Below, in pieces: positions 1 through 11,385 of a DNA stretch of 64,000 bases. A program made the position numbers and the translations under genes. Positions within the stretch are counted from its first letter, which is position 1; each line of letters starts with the position of its first letter. The notes beneath the pieces were generated by a model. The model saw nothing but the letters and a program-made list of their open reading frames with translations, did not search any database and was not told where the DNA came from. Origin of the DNA: Chiloscyllium plagiosum (Eukaryota); assembly GCF_004010195.1 (NCBI RefSeq), contig NC_057718.1:62604311-62668310 (forward strand), written 5' to 3'.

Positions 1-479
1 TACAAAGTAACAATTTATAATGGCCTAGATTCTGATGTAAGTGACAAAAGATTAACTGTCACAGACATTTGGCAAGCTTTTAAATGCAGATTTCCTCCAA
101 TCTTGAGTCTTTTCCAGCAGGGCATCCATTTACAAGGGATTTGTGTTCAGGAACAGAAACAGCAAATAAAAACAAAGTACTGCAAGTGCTGGAGATCTGA
201 AACAGCAAGCTTCTTCAACAAATCCAATTTATGTGGAGTGATTTGGTTAAATTCAAAATCAGTGTCTTAAGTTGAACAAAGCAACTACAAAGACATAAGA
301 GACAAATTGACTAACTTTGGAAACTACATTTTAAAAATATGCCCATAGGCATACAGTTCCAAAAATGTAGTCAAATCATTCATATTACACCACAAATATA
401 TATTGACTTAGGGATAAAGACTCCATGAGAGAGGCACAGCTAATGAGAAATTAAGAATAGTGTTTGATGAAAGGAAGAG

Positions 480-1400
480 GCTTATCGTATTGCCAAAGAA
501 AAGAATGAAAATTGCGGATTTGGAAAGAAGATAGATTTCAGAAATGGTCGACTAATAAAGTAAGAAAATGAGAATAAATTAGCAAGGGATATAAGCAAAA
601 GCTTCTATAGGTGTGTAAAATTGAAGAGATTAGCAAAAGTAAATATGGGACCCTTTTTATTTTTGCTCACATTCGAAAATGTAAACACATGCCACAATTT
701 GTGGGGAGATAAGGTTGTGGTGAGAAGAGGAGTTTAAAGAAATTAGCGTTCGTGAATAAAATAACACTAGAGTTTTTTTTAAATGTCAACAAAACTCCTG
801 AGGCTGATGGCCTGTCTGGAGTTGTAAAAATTGTGGCTACAGTCATAATGAATTCATTAGTTTGATCTGTTAGAATTTTCTAGAAGTTTCTAGAATGATC
901 TCAGTGAATTGAAATGTAGAAATAGAAAACCCTGCTATTCAAGAAAGAAGGGGAACAGGAAACAAGGAAATAAAGGGCAGCTAGTTAGGCAGGTGTAGTT
1001 GCAAAATTCGAAAATCTGTTATTAGAGATATAGTAACACGGCACTTGGAAAATTATCAATAGGAACAAATTACTGCAGATGCTGGAATCTGTAGTGGAAA
1101 CAACAAATGCTGGAGGTCACAGCGGGTCAGGCAGCATCCACAGCGAGAGAGCAAGCTAATGTTTTAAGCTGGCAGCACTCATGAAGAGTCATCTAGAATT
1201 GAAATATTTGCTTGCTATCTCTCCATGGATGCAGTTTGACACCCTATGATCTCCGGCATTTGTTGTTTTCAGTCGGAAAATTTATATATGATTGGGCCTA
1301 CTCAACATTGATTTGTGAAAAGGAAATTATGTTTAATACATCTGTTTGTAATGTGAAAATTAGGTAAAGCAGAACCAGTGGATAGATTGTACTGCATTTG
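480..1400 (+). mobile_element. Highly decayed CR1-clade LINE fragment, interrupted by a Penelope mini-element
   Basis: CR1 ORF2-like tracts (gcttctataggtgtgtaaaa..., ctattcaagaaagaagggg..., ggatttgtgaaaaggaaat-like). No intact ORF; edges approximate. Confidence 0.6.
1057..1273 (+). mobile_element. Old palindromic Penelope-derived mini-element with degenerate hammerhead core (1178-1209)
   Basis: Imperfect inverted arms (aacaacaaatgctggag.../...ctccggcatttgttgtt) around ctcatgaagagtcatctagaattgaaa. Possible TSD ggaaaatt at 1047-1054/1275-1282. Same family as 30608-31049. Confidence 0.75.
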
Positions 1401-1639
1401 GATTCAGAACCTAAACCTGAGCTATAAATCTTCTCACAACTCGCTAGATACACAAACAGGCAGAAAAACTATAAACCAGGCCTAACTTTTTAAACACCTT
1501 TTTAGATTGGAACTGGCGGGCACTCATTTCATTCCTGGTCTATCTGACCATAGTTGTGAAGAAGTTGGATTCACTGACAGCAGCTTCTGTACTTTTGCAG
1601 TCATGGCTACTGGACATTGATTTTGCCTGATTGTCTTGA

Positions 1640-2900
1640 ATATATCCAAGTGCTGTGTTATAACATCTTTAATAATAGCATCCAGCATATCCCTTATGAC
1701 AGATGTTAAGCTACCTGGCCTATAGTTTGCTGCATTCACCACCCACCCTTTTTGAATAAAGGAATTACATTAGCCATTTTCTAATTTAAAGGAACTTCCT
1801 CTGAATCAAATAGTTTTTGGAAAATTAAAACCAATGCATTAACTACTTCACCGGCTACTTGTTTTAAGACTCTAGGATGAAATCCATCAGGATCTTGGGA
1901 CTTGTCAACTCCCAGTTCCAACAATTTACTCAGCACCCTACTTTCCCTGGCTAATTGTAATTTTTCTGAATTTCTTCCTTTCAATTCCTGATTTACAGCT
2001 ATTTACAGGATGCTACATGTATCCCCTCTAGTGAAGACTGATGCCAAATATCTGATCAATTCATCTTCCATCTCTTTATCCTACAATACTAATTCCCCAA
2101 GCTCATTTTCTATATGATCAATACTTACTTTGTTAACTATTTTCTTTTATAAATATCTGAAGAAAATTTTCTTAGCAGTTTTATATTTCTGGCTAACTTT
2201 CTCTTATACTCTTAATTTTTTCCTCCTTATTAATCATTCAGTAATTTGCTTGCTTTTTAGTATTCTGCCCAATTCTCTATCCTGCCATCTATCTTTGGAG
2301 ATTATATGTCTTTTCTTTGAGTTTGAGACTATCTTTGACTTTTTTAGTTAACCACTGATGCTAGCTCCATCCCATAGAATTTTTCTTATTTGTTGAAATG
2401 TATATATTCTGCACTTTCCAGAATATCTCCTTAAATGTTTGCCACTGCATCTCTATTGACCTATCCCTTAACCTAAATTGCTAAGTTCATATTCGTTAGT
2501 TCTGTTTTCATGCCCTCATAATTGCCCTTGTTTAAATTCAAAATGGTCATCTTGAACACACATTTCCTCCCTTAAGCTGTGTGTAAAATGCAATCATATT
2601 ATGGTCATGCTACCCAGCGCTGCTTTCACTGAGGTCAGTAGTTAATTCTATTTTATTTGTCAAAAGCAGGCCTAAGTATAATCACGTTGGTGCCATGACA
2701 TACTAGTCTAAGAAATTGTCCCAAAAGCATTCAAAGACTACTTTATCCTCATCTGATTTTTCTATCTATATGTGGGTTAAAATCTCCCATGACAATTGTT
2801 GTATCCTTTTGACAAGCTCTCGTTTTTTCTTCTTTGATATCCTGTTCTATCATGTGGTTACTGTTAGGAACCTGTACCACAACTCCAACAAGTGACCCCC
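1640..2900 (-). mobile_element. Decayed CR1 LINE ORF2 fragment
   Basis: ORF 1781-1984 has the CR1 motif DKSQDPDGFHPRVLKQVAGEVVNALVLIFQ. Confidence 0.8.
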
Positions 2901-3196
2901 CACCCCCGGCCAACTTCTATCATTCCTAAGGTTCCAATCTAGGTAATCTTGCAACCACATCTCAGTTACGGACACTAGATCGTACTCAATTATCTGAATT
3001 TGTTCAACTAATTCATCTGTTTTGTTTCGAATGTTATATTAAGATTTGTCCTTGTATTATTTTTGTAATCTCTGGTCATACCTGCTGATTTCCTCTTAGA
3101 TTTGAATTCTCTGTTCTTGTCATTTTTTCCAGTTGCATTTATTGAACGTAATGTTGTATCAATGTATTTGTAATTAATGCAACTTTTAACTTTCAG

Positions 3197-3288
3197 ATCA
3201 AAGAAGAATGGTTGAAATAATTGGACATCTGACAAAATTAAGGTTTGGAGAAAAAATTGATCGCACCAAGGGAAAAGAAGCAAAAGAG
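3197..3288 (+). CDS. Internal coding exon of unidentified host gene A (phase 1 to 0): DQRRMVEIIGHLTKLRFGEKIDRTKGKEAKE
   Basis: Acceptor ttttaactttcag|, donor GAG|gtaaat, 92 nt open frame, non-repetitive context. Phase-compatible with 16620-16711. Confidence 0.7.
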
Positions 3289-3933
3289 GTAAATTGGGAT
3301 TCCATCAGTATTTTACAATATAATGCACTTTGGATTCTTACCTGAAGTGTTTAATATGTTAATCTACTTGTTAAAGTCTATGGAAAACATCCCTTGAAGA
3401 GTGTGACTTCATTGTGTTTCCCTGTGACAGGAATATTTCCTATTAATTTGATTTGAGGCAATCTGTATATGGGCTCACCTCATTCATAAGATGTACTTTT
3501 GGTGGGAAGAGAAGGAGAAAATAACTGAATAGTTGCAATCTACTGTTTAAACACTTGATGGAAATGCTTTCAAGTGCCTGTACAGACCCATTTGATGCTT
3601 CCATCTCAGTAACCCTTCGATATTCAGAGTACATATTTACTGAGAAGTTGCCTGAAATGCTTCAGAATCCTACAGGACAGCATTGAACCTGTGAGAGGCA
3701 GTGCTTTCTGTGTCTAAATGAAAAGAAACAGTAATAGGCCTTTCAGCGTGCTCTATTAGTTAATAAGAATATGGCTGATCTGTTGGGTTTCAAATTTCAC
3801 ATTGCCATCTATTCCCAATAACCACAGATTCTTGTTAAGCAAGAGAATCAATCAACTTCTGCTTTGAAAATTCAATGACTGCTTCCACTGCTGCCTGAGG
3901 CAGAGTTACAAAGTCACACAATCCTCTGAGAGA

Positions 3934-4251
3934 GGGCAGCACGGTGGCTGAATGGTTAGTACTTGCCTCACAGTGCCAGGGACCTGAGTTCAATTCCAGC
4001 CTCGGGCGACTGTCTGTGTGGAGTTTGCACATTCTCCTCTTGTCTGTGTAGGTTTTCTCCAGGTTAGGTGAATTGGCCATGCTAAGTTGTCCATAGTGTT
4101 CAGGAATGTGTAGGCTAGGTACATTAGCAAGGAGTAAATGTAGAGTAGTGGGTGGGGGAGTGGATCTTGGTGGGTTGCTCTTCGGTGGGTGTGTGGACTT
4201 GTTGGGCCAAAGGGCCTGTTTTCACACTGTAGGGATTCTATGATTCTATGA
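3934..4251 (+). mobile_element. HE1-type tRNA-derived SINE inserted in a CR1 3' fragment
   Basis: Head gggcagcacggtggctgaatggttag with A/B boxes, V-SINE-like core (gtgtggagtttgcacattctc), (gattcta)n tail. Confidence 0.9.
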
Positions 4252-4395
4252 AAAAAACTTCATCATCTTCGTCCTAAAAGGTTTACCCCTTAATTTAAAA
4301 TAGTGGTACCTCCTTCTGAACTCATCAAAAAGACAAACATCCTAAACAGGTCCACCTTTCAAGAGTATTCAGGATCTTATACACTTCAATCAAAT

Positions 4396-4888
4396 CATAG
4401 AGTAGTACAGCATGGAAACAGACTCTTCAGTCGAACTCAACCATGCTGACCAGATATCCTAAACTGATCTAGTCCTGTTTACCAGCATTTGGTTCATATT
4501 CCTCTCAACCCTTCCTATTCATGTACCCATTCAGATGCCTTTTAAATATTATAATTGTACCCGCCTCCATCACTTCCTCTGGCAGCTCGTTCCATGCACC
4601 ACCCGTTGTGTGAAAATTTGGTCCTTAGGTCTCTTTAAGTGTTTCCCCTCTCAGTTTAAACCTATACTCTCTAGTTTTGGGCTCCCCTACCCTGGGAAAA
4701 AAGACCTTGGCTATTCACCCTATCCATGACCCCATGTTTTTATAAACTTCTATCAGGTCACCCCTCAGCTTCAGATTCTCCATGGAATTCAGCCTCTCCT
4801 TATAGCTCAAACTCTCCAATCCTGGCAGCATCCTTGTTATTCTTTTCTGCACCCTTTCAAGTTTAACAACATCATTTCTACAACAGGG
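4396..4888 (-). mobile_element. CR1/HER1-type LINE 3' fragment
   Basis: catagagt tail and CR1 RT C-terminal/3' UTR sequence, similar to 17580-17885 and 62036-62470. Confidence 0.8.
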
Positions 4889-5748
4889 AAGTTAAGCGCA
4901 GTTAACTGTCCAAATTCTGCAACTGGGGTGGAGAGAGCATGCCTTGTAGTTGGCCCTCTTGGCATGGATGATTTAGGTGGTTATCCTTGGGACTGATTGG
5001 GCATACACGGGTTAGATGGGAGAGGCCACGCATTTGTCGAAGTGTCCTCAGGCAAATCGTTAGGGAATCCTCCACCAATTAATGCATGTTGGCATCACCC
5101 TTTCTCTGTGAGGGAAAAGTGCAATGGAGTGGGGTTGAAGTTTCTCATTCCTCCTCTGCCTTACCATCAAAGCTGAGCGCCAATTGCTACAGCGTGGAGT
5201 GCAGGACTGAACATGTGTCCAGCAGACAGTATGTACTCAACTTAGCTTTCCCTGGCTGCTGTGAACCACTCCAAAGAAATTACTAGATGCAAGCATACTG
5301 GAGTCAGCACAATACAGATAAGATTGACAGACTCCTTCATTCTTTGATCAAGCTTACCAACTGACTCTGAAAAAGCTGTTTTCTGCTCCTGATGCAGTCA
5401 TCAATGTCCAAGACCATGGGATGGGCACAATGAACAGGTGCCTAGATATCTCCAGCAATCCTCTCAATTGAAGAAACATAAGGCATTTCTTCCTTGACCA
5501 GCTGCAGAAACATGCCTGTGGAGTGATCATCAAATTGGTTGCCCAAATTTAACGTGGGTAAGAGTTCCCATGAGGTGAAAATTAATGAGCTGGTGGAGAG
5601 GGCAGGTGAAAACATTGCTGGTGTATCCTCTAAGGCTTCAGTGGCTTCCCCCTCAGAATTGGAGGTGATATTGAGAGTCTCAGGTGTAGGCCTCTGCTTG
5701 ACACTGAGAATCTGAAGAAGAAAGGAGAAGGAAGTGGTTGTGTAAATG

Positions 5749-7024
5749 ACCATAAGACATAGGAGCAGAAATGAGGCCATTCGGCCCATCGAGTCTGCTC
5801 CACCATTCAATCATGGCTATGTTTCTAAATCCCATTCTCCTGCTTTCTCCCTGTAATCCTTAATCCCCTTAACGATCAATAATCTATCTATCTCCATCTT
5901 AAATATACTCAAACACCTAGCCTCCACGGCCTTCTATGGCAGTGAATTCCATAAATTCACCACTTTTTGGCTGAAGAAATTTCTCCTTATCTCCATTCTA
6001 AAAGGTCTTCCCTTTACTCTAAGGCTGTGCCCTCAGGTCCTAGCCTGTTCTACCAATGGAAACATCTTCCCAATATCCACTCTGTCCAGGCCATTCAGTA
6101 TTCTGTAATTTTCAATCCGATCACCCCCTCACCCTTCTAAACTCCATCGAGTATAGTCCCAGAGTCCTTAAACGTTCCTCATATGTTAATCTTTTCATTC
6201 CTGGGACTATTCTCGTGAACCTCCTCTGAATGCGCCCCAGGGCCAGTACATCCTGCCTGTGATATGGGGCCAAAAACTGTGCACAGTACTCTAAATGTGG
6301 TCTGACCAGGGCCTTATAAAGCTTCAGAAGTACAAGTTCAAGTTCTCTCAAAATAAATGCCAACATTGCATTTGCTTTCCTAACTCCTAATTAAACCTGC
6401 AAGGTTGCCTTGAGAGAATCCTGGACTAGAATGTTCAAGTCTCTTTGCACTTCAGACTTCTGAATTTTCTCCCCATTTAGAAAATCGTCTATGCTTCTGT
6501 TTATCAAAGTGCATGACTTCACACTTTCCCACGTTGTACTCCACTTGCCACTTCTTTACCCACTCTCCTAACCTGTCCACATCCTTCTGCAGCCTCCCCG
6601 CCTCCTCAGTACTACCTGTCCCTCTACCTATCTTTGTGTCATCTGCAAACTTAGCCAGAATACCCTCAGTTCCTTCATCTAAATTGTTAATGTATAAAGT
6701 GAAAAGTTGTGCTCTGAACGCTGACACTTGCAGAACACCACTTGTCACCAGCTGCCTTCCTGAGAAAGACGCTTTTATCCCTACTCTCTGCTTTCTGCCA
6801 GGCAGCCAATCTTCAATCCATGCTTGCACTTTGCCTCTAACACCATGTGCCCTTTTCTTACACAGCTGCCTCCTGTGCGGCACCTTCTCAAAGGCCTTCT
6901 TGAAGTCCAAGTAGATAACAACCATTGGCTCACCTTGGTCTAACCTGCATGTTATTTCCTCAAAGAATTCTAGCTGATTTGTCAGGTATGACCTCCCCTT
7001 GATGAAACCATGCTTTGCCCTATT
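5749..7024 (-). mobile_element. CR1 LINE, 5'-truncated (RT to 3' tail)
   Basis: ORFs 6452-6925 (YLDFKKAF...FADDTK) and 6121-6366 (LVRPHLEYC); cataaga tail. Confidence 0.92.
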
Positions 7025-7562
7025 TAAAAGGCATAAATGCTTGTGTAGATTAAGAACGAACGAGTATTAACATTAATGAGAGAGCAGCATGAACCTTGCT
7101 GGATTGAGCAGCCATTGAGGTCTCACCATCCCCACGTGAACAGTCATGCTGCTGTCCAACTAAGTCCACTGTTTTCTCCTCAAGTGGGGTGAAGGGCCTA
7201 ATGGCTGCTTGCCCCTTGCTAGTTCTCAACCTCTTGGCCCAGTTATGGGCCATTTCTTCCTATAATGAGACAATGGGAGGATTTGAATATAGTGGAAGTT
7301 GATGAAAGAACAGTTAGTGATAATACAGGATTGTGGGGGGGGAGCTGGTAAGGTGGACCCCAGTAAGTGTGTGGAGCGCAGATGGCAGGATGGGTTAGTC
7401 GTAGTTGGGAGTATAAGGTGGGTGAGAACCATTGAGTGGACATGATGCATACTATAGTGAGCTCTTTTTATTTGTTCATGGGAAGCGGGCCACATTTGCT
7501 TTGCCATCATTTATTGCGCATTCCTGATTGTTCAGAGGACAGTTAAGAATCAACCAGATTGT

Positions 7563-8762
7563 TGTGATGACAGGTGTGAGATTTATAAATTTATTTATGT
7601 TTTGTAGTTTGGATTTTAAACCAGTGGCATAGAGGTTTCAGTCTGTTTGTGTGAAGGCATTCAATAATTAACTAGGGTAGTCTGTCCAGAGCCATGATTT
7701 TAAACCAGTATGTGCCAGAAAACAGATGACTTAAGTCTTTCTGGAATGTTAATGAAAGATTAGATTAGATTACATTACATTACAGTGTGGAAATAGGCCC
7801 TTCGGCCCAACAAGTCCACACTGACCCGCCGAAGCGCAACCCACCCATACCCCTACATTTACCCCTTACCTAACACTACGGGCAATTTAGCATGGCCAAT
7901 TCACCTGACCTGCACATCTTTGGACTGTGGGAGGAAACCGGAGCACCCAGAGGAAACCCACGCAGACACGGGGAGAACGTGCAAACTTCACACAATCAGT
8001 CGCCTGAGGCGGGAATTGAACCCGGGTCTCTGGCGCTGTGAGGCAGCAGTGCTAACCACTGTGCCACCGTGCCGCCCACAAGTTTGTTTATATTGTGGGG
8101 ATTTATGACAGGGGCGCAAAAGCTTTGAAAGACATTAGCTTACTTTTGGGTTTAGAATCCTCAAAGATTTAATTTGGCTTTGAAAATTGGAAAGCTTGTG
8201 GATCAATTTTAAGTTAGATGCACGGAGATGCTCTTCTATAAAAAGGTGACTGTTCAAAGTGGTTAAGGAAGTAGGTAATTTGAAAGAGTGTAATTTGTGA
8301 AACAGTGTAGTTGAAACCAGGAGTGCTTGCTTTAAAATCTGCATTGGTTACTCAAAGTTGAAAAAGTCTCAGGAAAAGCTTTGCAGATCACAGGACAAGA
8401 ACTGAGAAAATAGTAAAGTCAAATCTACACGTTGGATAGGAAAAGAAAACTTTTCTTCTGTTTTATTTATCTGTAAAGTGGCAGTGCTGGGGAATAGATA
8501 AAAGTTTGCATTACTGTGTAAATTGAAATCTTTCAAGTAATATTGTGTATATTGTTTGGCTTGTTTTGGTATGTTTTTATTTTTCTTTTGTTATAAGATT
8601 CTTTTTTTTAAATGTTGAAACCAAATCTGCAATCTGGCATGCTTATGTTTCAGTAGAAGACTACCATGTTAAACCTTAAAAAGAGCAAAATATGATTTGT
8701 CTCACCAGATTTTATTCTTGGTTCTGACATGTTGAGTAGTAACAAAAGCTGGGATTACAACA
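7563..8762 (+). mobile_element. Probable solo LTR (TG...CA) containing an HE1 SINE
   Basis: Begins tgtgatga and ends attacaaca. Interrupts an older SINE-like sequence. Confidence 0.55.
7757..8077 (-). mobile_element. HE1-type SINE, young full-length copy
   Basis: Reverse complement of gggcggcacggtggcacagtggttagcactgctgcctcacagcgccag; (agatt)n tail. Confidence 0.95.
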
Positions 8763-9989
8763 GTTTGGAATTGTATTTAGACCAGGCCAGTAGTTACAGT
8801 AGGTTTCCTTCCTTAAAAATTACACTAGAGTTGCAGTCCATCAACCTTGAGGTGCACTTGCAGTAGCAGAATTTAAATGAGTGCTGGACCTTGCAGGGTA
8901 CATGTGATCATTCACCTTCTTCCTGATCTGCTGTGCATTCTGTCTAATCTTAGGCACAGCATTAACTTAGGCCACTATCTGTGTCCAGGCTGATTATGCC
9001 TGATGGCATGGCCTCTTTTTATAGTCTGCAGAAAAAATGATGGCTGTCCTCACATGCCTCCAGGTCCCAGTTTACAAAACAGGAAGTTAACTCACCTTCT
9101 TGGGCCATTTCCTCACTGATAATGGTCAAATGCCACAGTGTGAGGAGCAGTTCCTAGTTTATTTGAAGTTATCTGCAGCTGGGCTTTAAATACGATGGTG
9201 TGGTGTAAATATTGGAAGCAAGCGTCTCCACCTCTCCTGCCACGCAATTCTACACGAAGGGTGCCATCAGATCTGATTGCATAATTCAGAAGATTACATG
9301 AGAAAAGTTGTTCTGAGCCATAGTGGATAAAGTGCCATAAATCTTATTTAACTAAACATTGAGTATGGAAAAACTCCACCCATTGTTCTTTATAATCATC
9401 TTGCACTATTTTTATAGGTGACAGGTGCCATTTAACAAGCTGTTTCCTTAATTTCTAAGCATACAGATATTTTCACAATGTCACATTAGTCCACTATCCG
9501 GTTTTGTATCTTCTCAACAGCATCATCAGGATTGCAATAAATTTTAAGCGTGGATGACCAATTTATCTTTTGTTAGTTTCTTTATGCGTTATTTGACCCC
9601 CTCCTGCTTTTCCTAATCTAAATCTATCATAGGTCTGTATTCTGTTCTCCCTCATAAGCGTGTCTGGCTTCCTTTTAAATGCATTCAGATTATTTGTTTC
9701 AAACACTCTGTTTGTCACAAGTTGCACAATTCTTGAGTAAAGACATTTCGGCTTAATTCTCTATAGTTTTTCTAGGCACTTTCTCATAATTACGGAGAGT
9801 TATACTTTTCCCCACAAGTGGAAACCTTCTTTGCCCATCCATTCTATTAAAATCTTTTGTAGTTTTATTTACCTAATTAATTCATTACGTACTGTACTTT
9901 TTTTCAAGGAAACTGACATCGTTTTGCATGATTGAATGTAGATATCTTGGGGTTATGGGCCGAGACAAGGTTAGACTAATGGGGACTTC

Positions 9990-10365
9990 CTAAGATGTAG
10001 CAAGGATAGGCTATTTGGCCCATTGAACCTGTTTTATCATTCAGTGACATCTGGGCTGTCTCGAGAGTGACCTTACCTCCACATTCTTGATTGTTCCCTA
10101 ATCCTCAACTGCTTTGTAGATCAAAAATCTAACCAACTCAACTTTGAATATTTTCAATGACCCAGCACCCACAACTCTGTGGAAAGAGAATTCCAAAGGC
10201 TAATGACCTTCTGAGAGAAGGAGTTTCTCTTAATTTCAATCTTAAATGGGAAACCCCTTCTATTTAAGCTATCCTCCCTAATTCTAGACTCCCCACGAGA
10301 AGAAAAATCCTCTCAGCATCTACTTTGTTAAGCACCCTCAGAAGCCTGTGTGTTTCAATGAGAAG
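9990..10365 (-). mobile_element. CR1 3' fragment
   Basis: Similar to the 3' part of 5749-6100. Confidence 0.65.
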
Positions 10366-10629
10366 AAAATGCTATAAAGCAATTTGTAAATAATTAAAAC
10401 TTATTGCTTAGCCGAAGGAACAAGGATGATCAGTGAGCTGGACTTAACTTAAGCTAGGACATAAGCGGTACACTTTTTGATTTCTCAAGTTTACAGAGGG
10501 TAGGATAAAAGAGGATGGCCAAAAATAGTCAAGTCTGGAGATGGAATAAAATTTGGATGAAGGTTTCAGCAAGGCAGGGGTAGGGTTGAGCAATATACAA
10601 TTCATAGTGAGGGTACAGATATATGTTTG

Positions 10630-10824
10630 AGGAGAAAGTGAGGTCTGCAGATGCTAGAGATCAGAGCTGAAAATGTGTTGCTGGAAAAGCGCAGCAGGTC
10701 AGGTAGCATCCAGGGAACAGGAGAATCGACGTTTCTGAAGAAGGGCTTATGCCCGAAACGTCGATTCTCCTGTTCCCTGGATGCTACCTGACCTGCTGCG
10801 CTTTTCCAGCAACACATTTTCAGC
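10630..10824 (+). mobile_element. Palindromic Penelope-derived mini-element with perfect 71-bp arms and 16-bp TSD
   Basis: Arms 10665-10735 and 10755-10825 are exact reverse complements. TSD tacagatatatgtttg at 10614-10629/10825-10840. Unpaired tail of about 35 nt. Confidence 0.92.
10735..10762 (+). ncRNA. Minimal hammerhead ribozyme core (PLE type)
   Basis: CUGAAGA-A-GGGC-UUAU-GCCC-GAAA-CGUC: all core nucleotides present, 4-bp stem II, self-complementary ACGU stem III, GUC triplet. Confidence 0.8.
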
Positions 10825-11290
10825 TACAGATATATGTTTGTAAATTCAACTTGAAGTCAACTTATGAACAATTGATATAGCTTCAAATGGTTGCTGCAAA
10901 AGAGGATAGAGTTTCTGGCTAAGCAATGTTTGTGGAGTGAATGGACAATAATGGTTTCAGTTTTCTTAGTATTTAGCTGGAGAAAATGTCTGCTTATACA
11001 CTATTAGATGTTGGAAAAGCATTTTGACAAGTTTGAGACAGTGAAGCGGTTGAGATAAATGTTGGTGAGGTAGTGGCAGGTATTGCCAGTGTACTTTATA
11101 ATTTCTCATATGTTTTTGGCTGATTTCACTGAGAGTCAATATAGAAATGAGAATTAGCAGGGAGCCAAATATAAATCCTTGGGTAAATCAGAGGCACCAA
11201 TAGGAAAAAAAAGCTATTATGAGTAGATAGCTAAGAAAAAAACAGAACTCTGCATCCCCCCGCCAGCTGAACAATGATGAAGAGGCCTTC

Positions 11291-11385
11291 AACAAAAACA
11301 GAAGTTGCTAGAAAAGTTCAGCAGGTCTGGCACCATCTGTGAAAAAAAATCAGAACTAACGTTTCGTGTCTGGTGACCCTTTCTC
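11291..11385 (-). mobile_element. Penelope pLTR fragment with truncated hammerhead (3' half only)
   Basis: Minus strand reads aagggtcaccagacacgaaacgttag; shares the gctggaaaag...gcaggtc terminus motif. Confidence 0.65.

Larger units (their letters stand above)
4890..9381 (-). mobile_element. PIF/Harbinger-type DNA transposon relic with Myb/SANT-like gene fragments, interrupted by CR1, SINE and LTR insertions
   Basis: Minus-strand peptides AWTQIVA*VNAVPKIRQNAQQIRKKVND (about 8900-9000) and AHNWAKRLRTSKGQAAIRPFTPLEEKTVDL (7050-7253) resemble Harbinger Myb/SANT ORFs. GGGTGGAGTTTTTCC terminus at about 9367-9381. Confidence 0.6.

Noticed and set aside
7757..8077. SINE heads as tRNA genes
   Set aside because: They have A/B boxes but no complete cloverleaf and are fused to a SINE core and LINE-type tail.
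10665..10825. miRNA precursor or DNA-transposon MITE
   Set aside because: The arms match PLE pLTRs (54238-54335, 42970-43100), and the long TSD and asymmetric tail fit retrotransposition.
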